DNA of 64,000 bases from a virus: IMG/VR virus record IMGVR_UViG_2531839362_000002, positions 93 to 64,092 of that record, one strand, 5' to 3'. The stretch's first letter is position 1. Each line of letters starts with the position of its first letter. The notes beneath the pieces were generated by a model, which ran no database searches, had not been told where the DNA came from, and saw nothing but the letters and a program-made list of their open reading frames with translations. Positions 1-9,345 of this stretch are shown in pieces. Made by a program: the position numbers and the translations under genes.

Positions 1-649
1 ATTTGTCTTCCGTATTTTTCCTATTCATTTTAGAAATCCCGCCCAAAACAGGGACATCTAACAATTGCTCAATTCGTCGTTCCGATTTGATTCTATCATC
101 AAATGAATCCAATAAAAAAATAAAACCGATACTGAGCACCATACCTACAGAGAACGCAATTAGTATCGTCTTAAGGTGATTTATATTTATAGGCATCGAA
201 TGTTTTTGAACTGGGTCTTCTGGTAATATACTCACATTATTAAAATTTAGTATATTTGCTACTTCTTTCTTATAAACAGCCGCTGTCGTATTTGCAATTT
301 TATGTGCAAGTACAGGATCAATATCCACTACATTTATTCTCATAATCTGAGAGCCTTGTACACTTTCTATACTTATTTGTCCACTTAATGCACCTGCAGA
401 TCTGTTAATATTTAATTCAGCCGCTACTTTTTCTAATATTACAGGCTCATTTACCATCGCTTTTAATGTATTCATCGTTTCAGCATTAGCTTGAACAATA
501 ACCCTTGCTGAGGAGGCATACAAAGGTGTTTTCATATACATACTATACATCGCTCCTCCTACGGTTGTGAGAGTCGTAAACAACAGTAGTATCCATACCC
601 TTTTCCATATAACAGTAAATAGATTTTTTAAATTTATTTCCTTATTCAT
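1..649 (-). CDS. Capsular/exopolysaccharide chain-length determinant (YwqC/YveK/Wzz family), 3' end beyond the left window edge
   Basis: Hand translation from ATG 649: MNKEINLKNLFTVIWKRVWILLL...KTPLYASSARVIV...FLLDSFDDRIKSERRIEQLLDVPVLGGI. Two TM segments and the LD-DxxIKS-LxxPVLG signature. Not in the ORF track because it is truncated. Confidence 0.85.
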   Translation of the reverse strand, partial: MNKEINLKNLFTVIWKRVWILLLFTTLTTVGGAMYSMYMKTPLYASSARVIVQANAETMNTLKAMVNEPVILEKVAAELNINRSAGALSGQISIESVQGSQIMRINVVDIDPVLAHKIANTTAAVYKKEVANILNFNNVSILPEDPVQKHSMPININHLKTILIAFSVGMVLSIGFIFLLDSFDDRIKSERRIEQLLDVPVLGGISKMNRKNTEDK

Positions 650-878
650 TACTTCTCCCCCTCATTTAATACCAATGAGATTCCAGTTGACATTCCCATA
701 AAAAACAGAAATAAAAGTAATATGTTTTATTTTTTAAATATACAAACATTTCTAATTAATGCCATTTTAGTTCTTTATACAGAACGAGTCAACATAAATT
801 ATTCTTGTTAAATGACTTCTTAATTACACCTCATAAATTACGACAATATTCACTGCAATTCATTGTAGATAAATGACG

Positions 879-914
879 AAAAAGCCCTGATATCGTAGTA
901 TCAGGGCTTTTTTT
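879..914 (-). terminator. Intrinsic terminator, copy of the glnA terminator
   Basis: AAAAAGCCCTGATA-tcgtag-TATCAGGGCTTTTT; nearly identical to 8981-9016. Confidence 0.85.
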
Positions 915-915
915 C

Positions 916-975
916 TTAGTATAGAGATGTATTTCGATTACGTTCTCATTAGTGAACTTGCTTGCGGAATAAATA
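916..975 (-). pseudogene. glnA: Decayed duplicate of the glnA 3' end (old att junction)
   Basis: 48/60 nt identical to 9022-9081; reads YLFRKQVH**ERNRNTSLY* with internal stops. Confidence 0.75.
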
Positions 976-990
976 GTTTAACATGATGCT

Positions 991-1230
991 TTATTTCATA
1001 TCACCATGTCCCAAAATTTTTTGTTTAACATCTGATAAATCCTTCGCCAACGAACTAAACGCTTTTGCTTGTTCTTCAATGACTTGTTGGTTTTTTTCAA
1101 TAACTTTTTGATATTGTTCTTCGCGCTGTTCATTCTTTTTTTGTGTAGTAATAAGCATCCACACAAATAACGCTGCGAATGCTCCTTGTTGAATCATTGA
1201 ATTTAAGATCTGCTCTTCTATTATTCTCAC
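991..1230 (-). CDS. BhlA/UviB-family holin
   Basis: QQGAFAALFVWML-TTQKKNEQREEQYQ motif; paralog of 18485-18715. Confidence 0.88.
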   Translation of the reverse strand: MRIIEEQILNSMIQQGAFAALFVWMLITTQKKNEQREEQYQKVIEKNQQVIEEQAKAFSSLAKDLSDVKQKILGHGDMK

Positions 1231-1392
1231 TCCTTTTCTAATCTAAATAATTACTCATTCGAGTGACTCTAATCTTTTATCATCTTTTAACACCAATATG
1301 TCCTTATAGCTATCTCTGTCTTATAATTCTTGCTAAAGCTATCTTTTATGTCATAACTTTATAAAATACAAAAACAGTTACTACTGGAATTT

Positions 1393-2388
1393 TTATCGAA
1401 TATCTACAATGTCAAAGTGTTCCTCAGGTGTCCAACGATTCCCACCAATATCAATCCAGCCTTCTTTACGGAAGAATACTGTAAGGGGTTCTTTTGAAGT
1501 AATACGTCCTTTGTATGAGCCGTTAATTCCATCATAAAAGTTTACTCCATATCCTTCTGGGTATTTTGATATTGCTTTGAAAGGTCTCCAATAATAATGC
1601 TCCGCTTTTACCCAACGGCTTCTACCTAAATCTAACCACACATCATTATCTTCTCCCCAGTACGCATTCCAGTACAATACTTCTGCTGCTGTTGTAAAGT
1701 TCCCCTGATAGTTGCCATGTGGTCTATCATGATAGTTAATACCATAACCTTCCCAGTATATTGACTTTGCGAACCCAATCCCTTCTGGTTGCGGTGTACC
1801 AACAACGCCACCTTTACCTGTAAACCATTCAAGAGATTTTTCTCCGTTTAAGTAATTTAAATCTACATTACCAGATACGCCCGCAAGACTACCACTTTCC
1901 GTATACTGCCATAAATCACAGTTATAGGCTGGTTTATTTCCATAACGTGGAATCCAAAGGAAATCCGCATTCACAGTATTTAGTCCATAGCTTGTATACA
2001 TGTGATGTGATACATATAGACCTATTTTCCAGCCAGCTGCACGGCATGTATCAATAAATGCCTGTGAAGCTTTCGCTAAGTTAACTGCTCCACAACTTGC
2101 TAATGTATCATCTTCCACATCTAATACTAAAAATTTCGCTTCTTTGTCAGCGCGCGCCATAAAATCATTCGCTTCTACAATAGCATCCTGAACACTTACA
2201 TAACATCCATAAGCATAGTGTGCAAATGGGACACCATAGTCTTTACAACCTTGTACATACTCTTTATAACGTGTATCAATTGTCCTTGATCCATACTGTA
2301 CACGTATAATAGCAAGTTCAAGCTCTTTACTAGCTGCCGCCCAATTTATTGAACCATTGTGATGAGATAAATCTGCAATTTTCTTCAT
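1393..2388 (-). CDS. GH25 lysozyme (muramidase) endolysin with tandem SH3b-like C-terminal domain
   Basis: DLSHHNG, FLVLDVED, LWQYTESG, VDLN GH25 motifs. Confidence 0.88.
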   Translation of the reverse strand: MKKIADLSHHNGSINWAAASKELELAIIRVQYGSRTIDTRYKEYVQGCKDYGVPFAHYAYGCYVSVQDAIVEANDFMARADKEAKFLVLDVEDDTLASCGAVNLAKASQAFIDTCRAAGWKIGLYVSHHMYTSYGLNTVNADFLWIPRYGNKPAYNCDLWQYTESGSLAGVSGNVDLNYLNGEKSLEWFTGKGGVVGTPQPEGIGFAKSIYWEGYGINYHDRPHGNYQGNFTTAAEVLYWNAYWGEDNDVWLDLGRSRWVKAEHYYWRPFKAISKYPEGYGVNFYDGINGSYKGRITSKEPLTVFFRKEGWIDIGGNRWTPEEHFDIVDIR

Positions 2389-2426
2389 TTCTATTCCTCT
2401 TCTTTCCTATATCAAAATTTATGAAT

Positions 2427-2458
2427 AAAAAAACAACTCTTAATAGAGTTGTTTTTTT
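2427..2458 (-). terminator. Intrinsic terminator after the M23 lysin
   Basis: AAAAAAACAACTCT-taat-AGAGTTGTTTTTTT. Confidence 0.8.
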
Positions 2459-3278
2459 ATCGAATATCTACAATGTCAAAGTGTTCCTCAGGTGCCCAAC
2501 TATTCCCACCGATATCAATCCAGCCTTCTTTACGGAAGAATACTGTAAGAGGTTCTTTTGAAGTAATACGTCCTTTGTATGAGCCGTTAATTCCATCATA
2601 AAAGTTTACTCCATATCCTTCTGGATATTTTGATATTGCTTTGAAAGGTCTCCAATAATAATGCTCCGCTTTTACCCAACGGCTTCTACCTAAATCTAAC
2701 CACACATCATTATCTTCTCCCCAGTACGCACCCCAGTATAATACTTCTGCTGCTGTTGTAAAGCTTCCCTGATAGTTGCCATGTGGTCTATCATGATAGT
2801 TAATACCATAACCTTCCCAGTATATTGACTTTGCGAACCCAATTCCTTCTGGTTGCGGTGTACCAACAGCGCCACCTTTCCCCAAGTAGTCTAATGGATT
2901 CACAGCATTACTCTTATTAATATTCCAGCCGCCTTTATGCATTTCAAAATGTAAGTGCTGACCATAAGCCTGTCCCGTTTCTCCCATAACCCCAATTGTT
3001 TGTCCTTGTGTAACAGAATCGCCTTCTTTAACTGTACGAGAACCACTTCGCATGTGAGCGTATACAGTTTCCCATGTAACTCCATTAATATTATGAACAA
3101 TCATAATACATTCACCGTAACTAGATGAAAAATACGAACGACTAACTTTCCCACTAGCCGCTGCATAAATCGGATGATAGCCTGCTTCAGCAAGATCTAC
3201 CCCATGATGATCTGGTCTGTCACCTCTAAAACCACTTGTTACTCTCGTTGTATTTGTTGGATAAATAAATGTTGCCAT
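2457..3278 (-). CDS. M23-family peptidoglycan endopeptidase with shared C-terminal binding domain
   Basis: HHGVDL (HxxxD), YAHM, HLHFE (HxH) motifs. Confidence 0.9.
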   Translation of the reverse strand: MATFIYPTNTTRVTSGFRGDRPDHHGVDLAEAGYHPIYAAASGKVSRSYFSSSYGECIMIVHNINGVTWETVYAHMRSGSRTVKEGDSVTQGQTIGVMGETGQAYGQHLHFEMHKGGWNINKSNAVNPLDYLGKGGAVGTPQPEGIGFAKSIYWEGYGINYHDRPHGNYQGSFTTAAEVLYWGAYWGEDNDVWLDLGRSRWVKAEHYYWRPFKAISKYPEGYGVNFYDGINGSYKGRITSKEPLTVFFRKEGWIDIGGNSWAPEEHFDIVDIR

Positions 3279-3504
3279 ATGAATCTTCCTTTCTATTTTA
3301 TATTGTCTATATTTATTATTTTTAGATATATTGTAGGTTTTCCAACCTTAAAACGAACAAAACAGAGAATTTCTCCATTGTTATCTACCATCAAAATATT
3401 ATTCTTTTAACCATAAGTTAAATATTATTAAGATTACCAAAGACTCTTGAAAAACTATTATTTTATATGACTAATTCTTCTTTCCTACATTACAGTTTAC
3501 GTAT

Positions 3505-3535
3505 AAAAAACAACTCTTGGTAGAGTTGTTTTTTT
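3505..3535 (-). terminator. Intrinsic terminator after the lysozyme-like lysin
   Basis: AAAAAACAACTCT-tggt-AGAGTTGTTTTTTT; duplicate of 2427-2458. Confidence 0.8.
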
Positions 3536-4502
3536 ATCGAATATCTACAATATCAAAGTGTTCCTCAGGTGCCCAACTATTCCCACCAATATCAATCCAG
3601 CCTTCTTTACGGAAGAATACTGTAAGGGGTTCTTTTGAAGTGATACGGCCTTTATATGAACCGTTAATTCCATCGTAAAAGTTTACTCCATATCCTTCTG
3701 GGTATTTTGATATTGCTTTGAAAGGTCTCCAATAATAATGCTCCGCTTTTACCCAACGGCTTCTACCTAAATCTAACCACACATCATTATCTTCTCCCCA
3801 GTACGCACCCCAGTATAATACTTCTGCTGCTGTTGTAAAGTTTCCCTGATAGTTGCCATGTGGTCTATCATGATAGTTAATACCATAGCCTTCCCAGTAT
3901 ATTGACTTCGCGAACCCAATTCCTTCTGGTTGTGGAACACCGCCTGCATTAAAATCTACATATTGTTTAACAATTTCAGCGTAGAAAAAATTACCGCCAT
4001 TTTTATATCGATAACCACCATTGTACGCAACTGCGATAGGATGACTATATTTAACCATAGCACCAGTTGTATTTCCAAGTGATGGCGCAACAACCGTCTT
4101 AGAATACAGATCTGCCACCGGTAATGAATGTTGTTTATTGTTAGAAGCTAACCAGCGAAGATAAGCTCGTCCAAAATTATATGATTGAACAATGGCACTT
4201 AAATCTGTAATACCATTTTTCTTTGCATCATCAAAAGCTCCTTTTAAATGCTTTACTCCGTAATACACTGAATCTTTAGGATTCTTGATTGTATTCATTG
4301 CCCATCCTTGTGATTCACTTGACTGCATAATATCCGGTGTTGTTTCAGAGTTCCCTCCACTTTCCACCATAATAATTCCAAGTACGTAAGGAACTAATTC
4401 CGAAACACCTTGTGCAGCACATTCACTTTCTACCATTGATTGCCAACGTAACACTTGTTGTGGCAGATTCTTTGTTTTAACTGAAGCAGCTAATATACTC
4501 AT
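3534..4502 (-). CDS. Lysozyme-like (CwlT N-terminal type) hydrolase with shared C-terminal binding domain
   Basis: IIMVESGG, DIMQSSES, QSYNFG motifs. Confidence 0.82.
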   Translation of the reverse strand: MSILAASVKTKNLPQQVLRWQSMVESECAAQGVSELVPYVLGIIMVESGGNSETTPDIMQSSESQGWAMNTIKNPKDSVYYGVKHLKGAFDDAKKNGITDLSAIVQSYNFGRAYLRWLASNNKQHSLPVADLYSKTVVAPSLGNTTGAMVKYSHPIAVAYNGGYRYKNGGNFFYAEIVKQYVDFNAGGVPQPEGIGFAKSIYWEGYGINYHDRPHGNYQGNFTTAAEVLYWGAYWGEDNDVWLDLGRSRWVKAEHYYWRPFKAISKYPEGYGVNFYDGINGSYKGRITSKEPLTVFFRKEGWIDIGGNSWAPEEHFDIVDIR

Positions 4503-4740
4503 TACTAAACATCTCCTTATTTTCCTATTATTTTTGTCTAAAAAACTACTACCTCACTACATATGGTTATCAGCCAAATACCCATTAATCTATAAAATTA
4601 CTTCATGTTGCTCACCTTCTTTCACAACAAAAAGAGCAACCATAAAAATAGTTGCTCTTTCGTCGAAATCTTATATTACTACTATAAATCACTTTTTCAA
4701 TACTTTCTGTACACCGCATGTACCCTACAAAAAGGTAACA

Positions 4741-5139
4741 TTAAAATCCATCTAAAAACTTGACAATTTTTCTTATTTCAGCGTGTTTGCGTCGAATATA
4801 GCCTGTACTATAATGCAATTCAAATGCTATTTGTTCTAAGGTCATTCCATCAACATATTTCATTTTAAGTATTTGATGATCCAGTCCTGCAAACTTATTC
4901 ATCAAAAGCTTTAAATCAAATTCTTCATTCATCTTATGAGCTAATTCATATTCAATTGCTTCAATCCGGTCTTCTACCTTAGCCCCTTCCGACTCAGCGG
5001 TTAATCGTACATTTTGCAAGTCCCCACTAGTCCAGCGCTTTAATTCCGCTTTTGATTTGTCTAAGTTGTATTCTAAATAAGCGATTTCTTCTTCTAACTT
5101 CTTATAATCTTTGAGCCATTCAAACATCTGACGATTCAC
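4741..5139 (-). CDS. Phage late transcriptional activator (RinA/ArpU/DUF1492-like, sigma70 r4 HTH)
   Basis: C-terminal ILKMKYVDGMTLEQIAFELHYSTGYIRRKH HTH; sits directly upstream of the lysins. Confidence 0.75.
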   Translation of the reverse strand: MNRQMFEWLKDYKKLEEEIAYLEYNLDKSKAELKRWTSGDLQNVRLTAESEGAKVEDRIEAIEYELAHKMNEEFDLKLLMNKFAGLDHQILKMKYVDGMTLEQIAFELHYSTGYIRRKHAEIRKIVKFLDGF

Positions 5140-5524
5140 CTACTTCCTTTTTGTAAATTTAAATACTACTAATTTAATAAAACTTATATCCTTATTGGCT
5201 TTTTCAATCTTTGTTATTTGTAGAACATCTTTCATTTAATAAACACAACCATTTCCTACTATTTATAAATTCATTTTCTCTTTAGAATTCCAATACTGTA
5301 ATTAACTCCTGAATAGATAATGAAAAACACCCTTCGAACAATCCTTGTAAGACATTAATAATCAAACAGAAATCACAAATTGTTAATACTTGCTCCAAAC
5401 ATTCACGAATATCTTCAAAGATGTTTAATATACATCAAACATTTTTGAAGAATATAATCATTTAATCTTAGCATTAAGATAATACATTTTTAAACACCAA
5501 AGTCGTCGACCATTTTATCTTTTC

Positions 5525-6394
5525 TTAAGACTTATATTTATTTAATACCTCTTTTAATCTCTCACGCTCTTCCTCAGTGTACTGCGCGGGTTTTCTTTCC
5601 ACTTCTTGATTCGTGTGTTCGTCATCTTTATATAACCAATCTGGGACAAGCTCTTTTCTAGTCGAATAATTTCTACCTGATTCATTAAATTTCTTATTCT
5701 TACTCATTTTGAAACGTCTATCTAGCGCGGTCACATCAGCAAATGTTTTAACTTTTTGCTCCTTCCAATTACTCAATATAGCTTTAACGTAGTTCCATCT
5801 TGGTGCATTCTCATCAATAGCTTTATTAGTTGCATACTGAATTAACTCACTACTAAACAAATCACAAAAATCGCCTAACTCCGTAAATGCAATTTCACTT
5901 AACGGAATGCCTCTCTCTTTTAAAAAATTATAATTTTTTTTAAACTCTCTACCGAATAATATATGAGATTCTAATTTATCCTTATCATCATGATTAGTAT
6001 TTTGTATTTTAGTATTTAGTTTATTGATATTTAGTAGTGTCGGATTTTCCTCATATGGCTTTCCTACATCTTGCTTTTCCACTTGTGGAATTCTCTTTTG
6101 TGGTGTTTCATAAATTTCCGTATCCCATCTTTTAATTTTTTTTGTATGTTCATCACGAACGGGATAACGCTTTACATACCCTAATTCTTTTAGTTCTTTA
6201 AAACCTGTACGTAATGAATCTTCTCCATCCTTTGCATGTTGAGCTAATTCACTAATATGAAAAGTCCAATCATCTGGTAGTGTAAGTGTATAAGCCAAAA
6301 TTCCTTTTGCCTTCCATGACAACCTTTTATCTTTTAAACCAGTATTATTTATGACGGAATAATTACTATCTTTTTTCACTCGAATAATCCCCAT
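5525..6394 (-). CDS. Phage replication initiator (N-terminal wHTH + DnaD/DnaB_2 domain)
   Basis: MGIIRVKKDSNY...LSWKAKGILAY...GYVKR; ELIQYA...WNYVKAILSNW; ATG 6394 follows a GAGGTG RBS. Confidence 0.85.
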   Translation of the reverse strand: MGIIRVKKDSNYSVINNTGLKDKRLSWKAKGILAYTLTLPDDWTFHISELAQHAKDGEDSLRTGFKELKELGYVKRYPVRDEHTKKIKRWDTEIYETPQKRIPQVEKQDVGKPYEENPTLLNINKLNTKIQNTNHDDKDKLESHILFGREFKKNYNFLKERGIPLSEIAFTELGDFCDLFSSELIQYATNKAIDENAPRWNYVKAILSNWKEQKVKTFADVTALDRRFKMSKNKKFNESGRNYSTRKELVPDWLYKDDEHTNQEVERKPAQYTEEERERLKEVLNKYKS

Positions 6395-6542
6395 ACTAGT
6401 CACCTCATAAATTCTCAAAATCGATATTCAATGTTATACTTATTCAGAGATATTTTTTTATAAAATCCGCTGCAACGGATTCTTTTTTTATGTACTCATT
6501 TAAATCCATCATGCTATCCATATTTTTTCTCCTAAATCTTTC

Positions 6543-6737
6543 TTATTCCTCAAATTCAACATCAACTTGAATTTCGATATTCATAGAAATTTCTTGTGTT
6601 ATACGAATAACATTTGGACTTATTCCTTTTTGGATAAGCTTTTTAATCTGCTGTTTTGCGGCATCTTTTGTTTTAAATTCACTGACAGTTGGTAGACCTA
6701 CTAAATTGCCAGTAATCACTAAAATTTTCCGTTGCAT
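6543..6737 (-). CDS. Hypothetical phage protein (64 aa)
   Basis: AGGAGG RBS; in operon between rha and rep. Confidence 0.6.
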   Translation of the reverse strand: MQRKILVITGNLVGLPTVSEFKTKDAAKQQIKKLIQKGISPNVIRITQEISMNIEIQVDVEFEE

Positions 6738-6748
6738 GTTTCTTCCTC

Positions 6749-7506
6749 CTATTGAAATTCTGCCATATTTATTTGTGAGTTTTTAACTTTAATTTCTTCA
6801 TTTAAAACTGTTGGAATTGAATATTCTTCATTAATTATTTGTATAGCTCTATCCAAATGATTACGTTTAATAGCTTTATAACTATTCACACCAAACTCTC
6901 GATGTAATTGACTATAAATATCGCTATACAGCTTTTTTCTAAGACTGTTATCCTGATAAGAATTCGAATTTTTACCCCCCAATAACAAAAAACCTAACCT
7001 TTTTACAGCCTTTGTTATTTCGTCACATTCAATGGCGTATAGCGGAGCGTTTTCTCGTAACCCCTTCACTTCAGTCTTAATCTCTTGTATTTCTTGCGTA
7101 TGTCCTTCTAAAGCTGCAAACGTTAACTTTAGGACTCCCATAGCATCCTTTGGTATTTTGTTCTGACTTTGTATATACCTCCTCATCCGTTTGAACTCTT
7201 CAATAAATTTAATTTTCGTTTGCACAGCTTCTCTAGAGTTATACCCCATAGCAAGTAATACGAAAGCTTCTTCAGTTAAATTGTATTTAGACATGCGCTC
7301 ACCCTGTGAATTGATATAAGTGGACTCGTAAGAATTTCCTTGCGCAAATTCTTCACCCGCATATACAATATTTTTACAATATCCTCCAAAACGTAGTAAT
7401 GATCTTTCCCGAACGTTTTCGCAATTACCAAACTATCCGTTACTACCTCACCATTAACTTCAAATACTAGTTCACTATGTACTAATACTTCGGTTAAGTG
7501 ATCCAT
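6749..7506 (-). pseudogene. Rha-family/ORF6C antirepressor, frameshifted
   Basis: The 7276-7536 and 6749-7294 ORFs join if one A is added to the A5 run at 7371-7375, giving ...DIVKNIVYAGEEFAQGNSYESTYINSQGERMSKYNLTEEAF; homologous to 60655-61362. Confidence 0.8.
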
Positions 7507-7692
7507 TCTGATCTCCTCCTCATCTTTAATTTTCAATTACCTTCCTTACATTTACATACCCTTGCATCAAGCGTTATTATTTACCAATTTTCTTGGACAT
7601 TAACCAATCCTCAACATTCAAATTATGTGATTTAATATAAAATATTTCCTTAACTCTCCAATAAAGCTTTGCTTAATAATTTCGTTATTGAG

Positions 7693-7956
7693 TTAAAAAT
7701 TCAATATTTTATGTTCCAAAAAAGTAGGGTTTCTTTTCACACTACAATTCGGCTTGTTTTCTTCAAATTCAAAAAGATATTCTAAATTATGATCAGGAAA
7801 AAAGGTTTCCTTAATTTCAAGAGCCTCATCATAATAAAAACGAAATTTACCATTAATTTTGTCGCACACTGTTGCGTAGCGAAGATTCAGATGCGAAGAG
7901 ATTTGGGTAATTACAATCCCTTTTCTCGCCATCTCTGCACGCAGATTCGGATACAT
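7693..7956 (-). CDS. Cro-like XRE regulator
   Basis: NLRAEMARKGIVITQISSHLNLRYATVCDKING; divergent from the repressor. Confidence 0.8.
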   Translation of the reverse strand: MYPNLRAEMARKGIVITQISSHLNLRYATVCDKINGKFRFYYDEALEIKETFFPDHNLEYLFEFEENKPNCSVKRNPTFLEHKILNF

Positions 7957-7977
7957 TAGCTCACCTCCTTAATTTTT

Positions 7978-8129
7978 ATACGAAATTGCGTTTATTTCCA
8001 CTTTAATATATACGCATTTCCGTACAAAGTCAATGATATAATAGGAAAATACACTCAATATCGTACAAAACACTATTTACTTATAAATTCAGCTAAGTTA
8101 TGATAGTAACAAACATACTCAATATCGTA
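7978..8129. promoter_or_regulatory. Divergent cro/repressor control region with four TACG-N6-CGTA-like operators
   Basis: tacgaaattgcgtt, tacgcatttccgta, cactcaatatcgta and tactcaatatcgta; ACTCAATATCGTA repeated exactly at 8053 and 8117. Confidence 0.6.
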
Positions 8130-8146
8130 TACATTTTATAAGAAGG

Positions 8147-8818
8147 ATGGTGAAGTTTATGGAAAAAGCAAAGATTGTAACACGCTTAATAAAAGAAGCT
8201 GGATATAGCAAAAGAGCTTTCGCAGAAAAAATCGGGCTCCCTCCCACAACACTGCAATCAATGTTATCAAGAGGAATCGGTAAAGCATCTGTTGATAATG
8301 TAATAAAAGTTTGTAAGGGATTAGGGATCACTACTGATGATTTAGAGGTGCTCACAACTAAAGGGGATAATACAGTTAAAGAAGAAGTTTCTATTTATGA
8401 AACCATTCAAAACGACCAATCAAACATTATCCATATCCCAATCATTGGTTCTGTCGCAGCCGGTACACCTATATTCGCCGAAGAAAATATCGAGGGTTAT
8501 TTACCAATGCTAAGTACATTTTTAAATAAGCGTAAAAAGTATTTTTATCTTACTGTAAAAGGCACTAGCATGAATCTCGAATTCCCTGATGGTTCTTATG
8601 TTCTGGTAGAAGAAACTCCTTATGTTGAGAATGGGCAAATTGCTGTTGTAAAAGTCAATGGTTATGATGCAACTGTGAAAAAAATCTCAAAATCTGGAAG
8701 CATCATTACTTTAATACCATTGAGTAATCATCCTATCCATGAACCACAGACTTACGACCTTTCAGCTGAAGATGTAAAAATCATTGGTCGCGTTGTACAA
8801 GCAGTAAAAAATTATTAA
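8147..8818 (+). CDS. CI/LexA-type repressor with S24 autopeptidase domain
   Basis: N-terminal HTH; IGSVAAGTP cleavage site; VKGTSM (Ser) and ATVKK (Lys) catalytic motifs. Confidence 0.9.
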   Translation: MVKFMEKAKIVTRLIKEAGYSKRAFAEKIGLPPTTLQSMLSRGIGKASVDNVIKVCKGLGITTDDLEVLTTKGDNTVKEEVSIYETIQNDQSNIIHIPIIGSVAAGTPIFAEENIEGYLPMLSTFLNKRKKYFYLTVKGTSMNLEFPDGSYVLVEETPYVENGQIAVVKVNGYDATVKKISKSGSIITLIPLSNHPIHEPQTYDLSAEDVKIIGRVVQAVKNY

Positions 8819-8980
8819 ATTTTTAGCGCTAGCAATTTATTGAAAAAAGAACCGATTCTAATAAAGGTTTATTGAAATTACCATCCCTATTATTAAGATA
8901 CTCTTATACTGAAGATTTTTAGTGGCTGTTTTGTGGTTTCTTTTCATTTTGCGCCACTTGAAGTTAACTTTATAAAAAAG

Positions 8981-9016
8981 AAAAAAGCCCTGATACCGTA
9001 GTATCAGGGCTTTTTT
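8981..9016 (-). terminator. glnA intrinsic terminator
   Basis: AAAAAAGCCCTGATAC-cgta-GTATCAGGGCTTTTTT. Confidence 0.88.
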
Positions 9017-9021
9017 CTCTC

Positions 9022-9082
9022 TTAGTATAGAGACATATATTGATCGCGTTCCCATTGGTGAACTTGTGTGCGGAATATATCC
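9022..9082 (-). other. glnA: Displaced 3' end of glutamine synthetase gene; left att junction of the large prophage
   Basis: Translates DIFRTQVHQWERDQYMSLY*, recognisable as the Bacillus GlnA C-terminus; upstream sequence diverges from glnA. Confidence 0.85.
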
Positions 9083-9179
9083 TCTGGATTCATCAAGTTT
9101 TAAATTATGCCAAAAAAGTTGATTTATCAAGGTTTTATAAAAGTGATGTTTCATAGTGATTCATCACTTTTTTTAATTT

Positions 9180-9210
9180 TGTGGGTGAATTGTGGGTGGT
9201 TTTGTGGGTG
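9180..9210 (+). repeat. Integrase arm-type sites (TGTGGGTG x3)
   Basis: TGTGGGTG at 9180, 9191 and 9203, about 100 bp inside the att junction. Confidence 0.65.
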
Positions 9211-9345
9211 AATCTCTAATAAAATATATATGTTAAAAATGAAAAAAGCTCCTTCCTTTAAGGAGTCTTTCCAATTATCACTTTAAGTTGTCTGAGACAA
9301 ACGCTACTGCAAGCTATGTAATTCAGATAAAAATAAAAATCAAAT

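Larger units (their letters stand above)
1393..3935 (-). repeat. Three near-identical ~400-bp direct repeats (about 1393-1815, 2457-2880, 3534-3935) encoding a shared cell-wall-binding domain
   Basis: PQPEGIGFAKSIYWEGYGINYHDRPHG...EEHFDIVDIR ends all three lysins; DNA also near-identical. Confidence 0.95.
916..8980. mobile_element. Defective or domesticated prophage relic (regulation + replication + lysis only)
   Basis: Phage-type repressor, cro, rha, rep, activator, three lysins and a holin between two glnA-3' copies; no integrase, capsid, tail or terminase. Confidence 0.8.

Noticed and set aside
1632-3100. Alternate-frame ORFs 1632-1832 and 2900-3100, and plus-strand ORFs 2349, 3174 and 4534
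   Set aside because: Shadow ORFs of the lysin genes or terminators; no RBS or family signal
8858-9154. 98-aa ORF-track entry
   Set aside because: It reads across the att junction, glnA tail (wrong frame) and terminator; chance ORF
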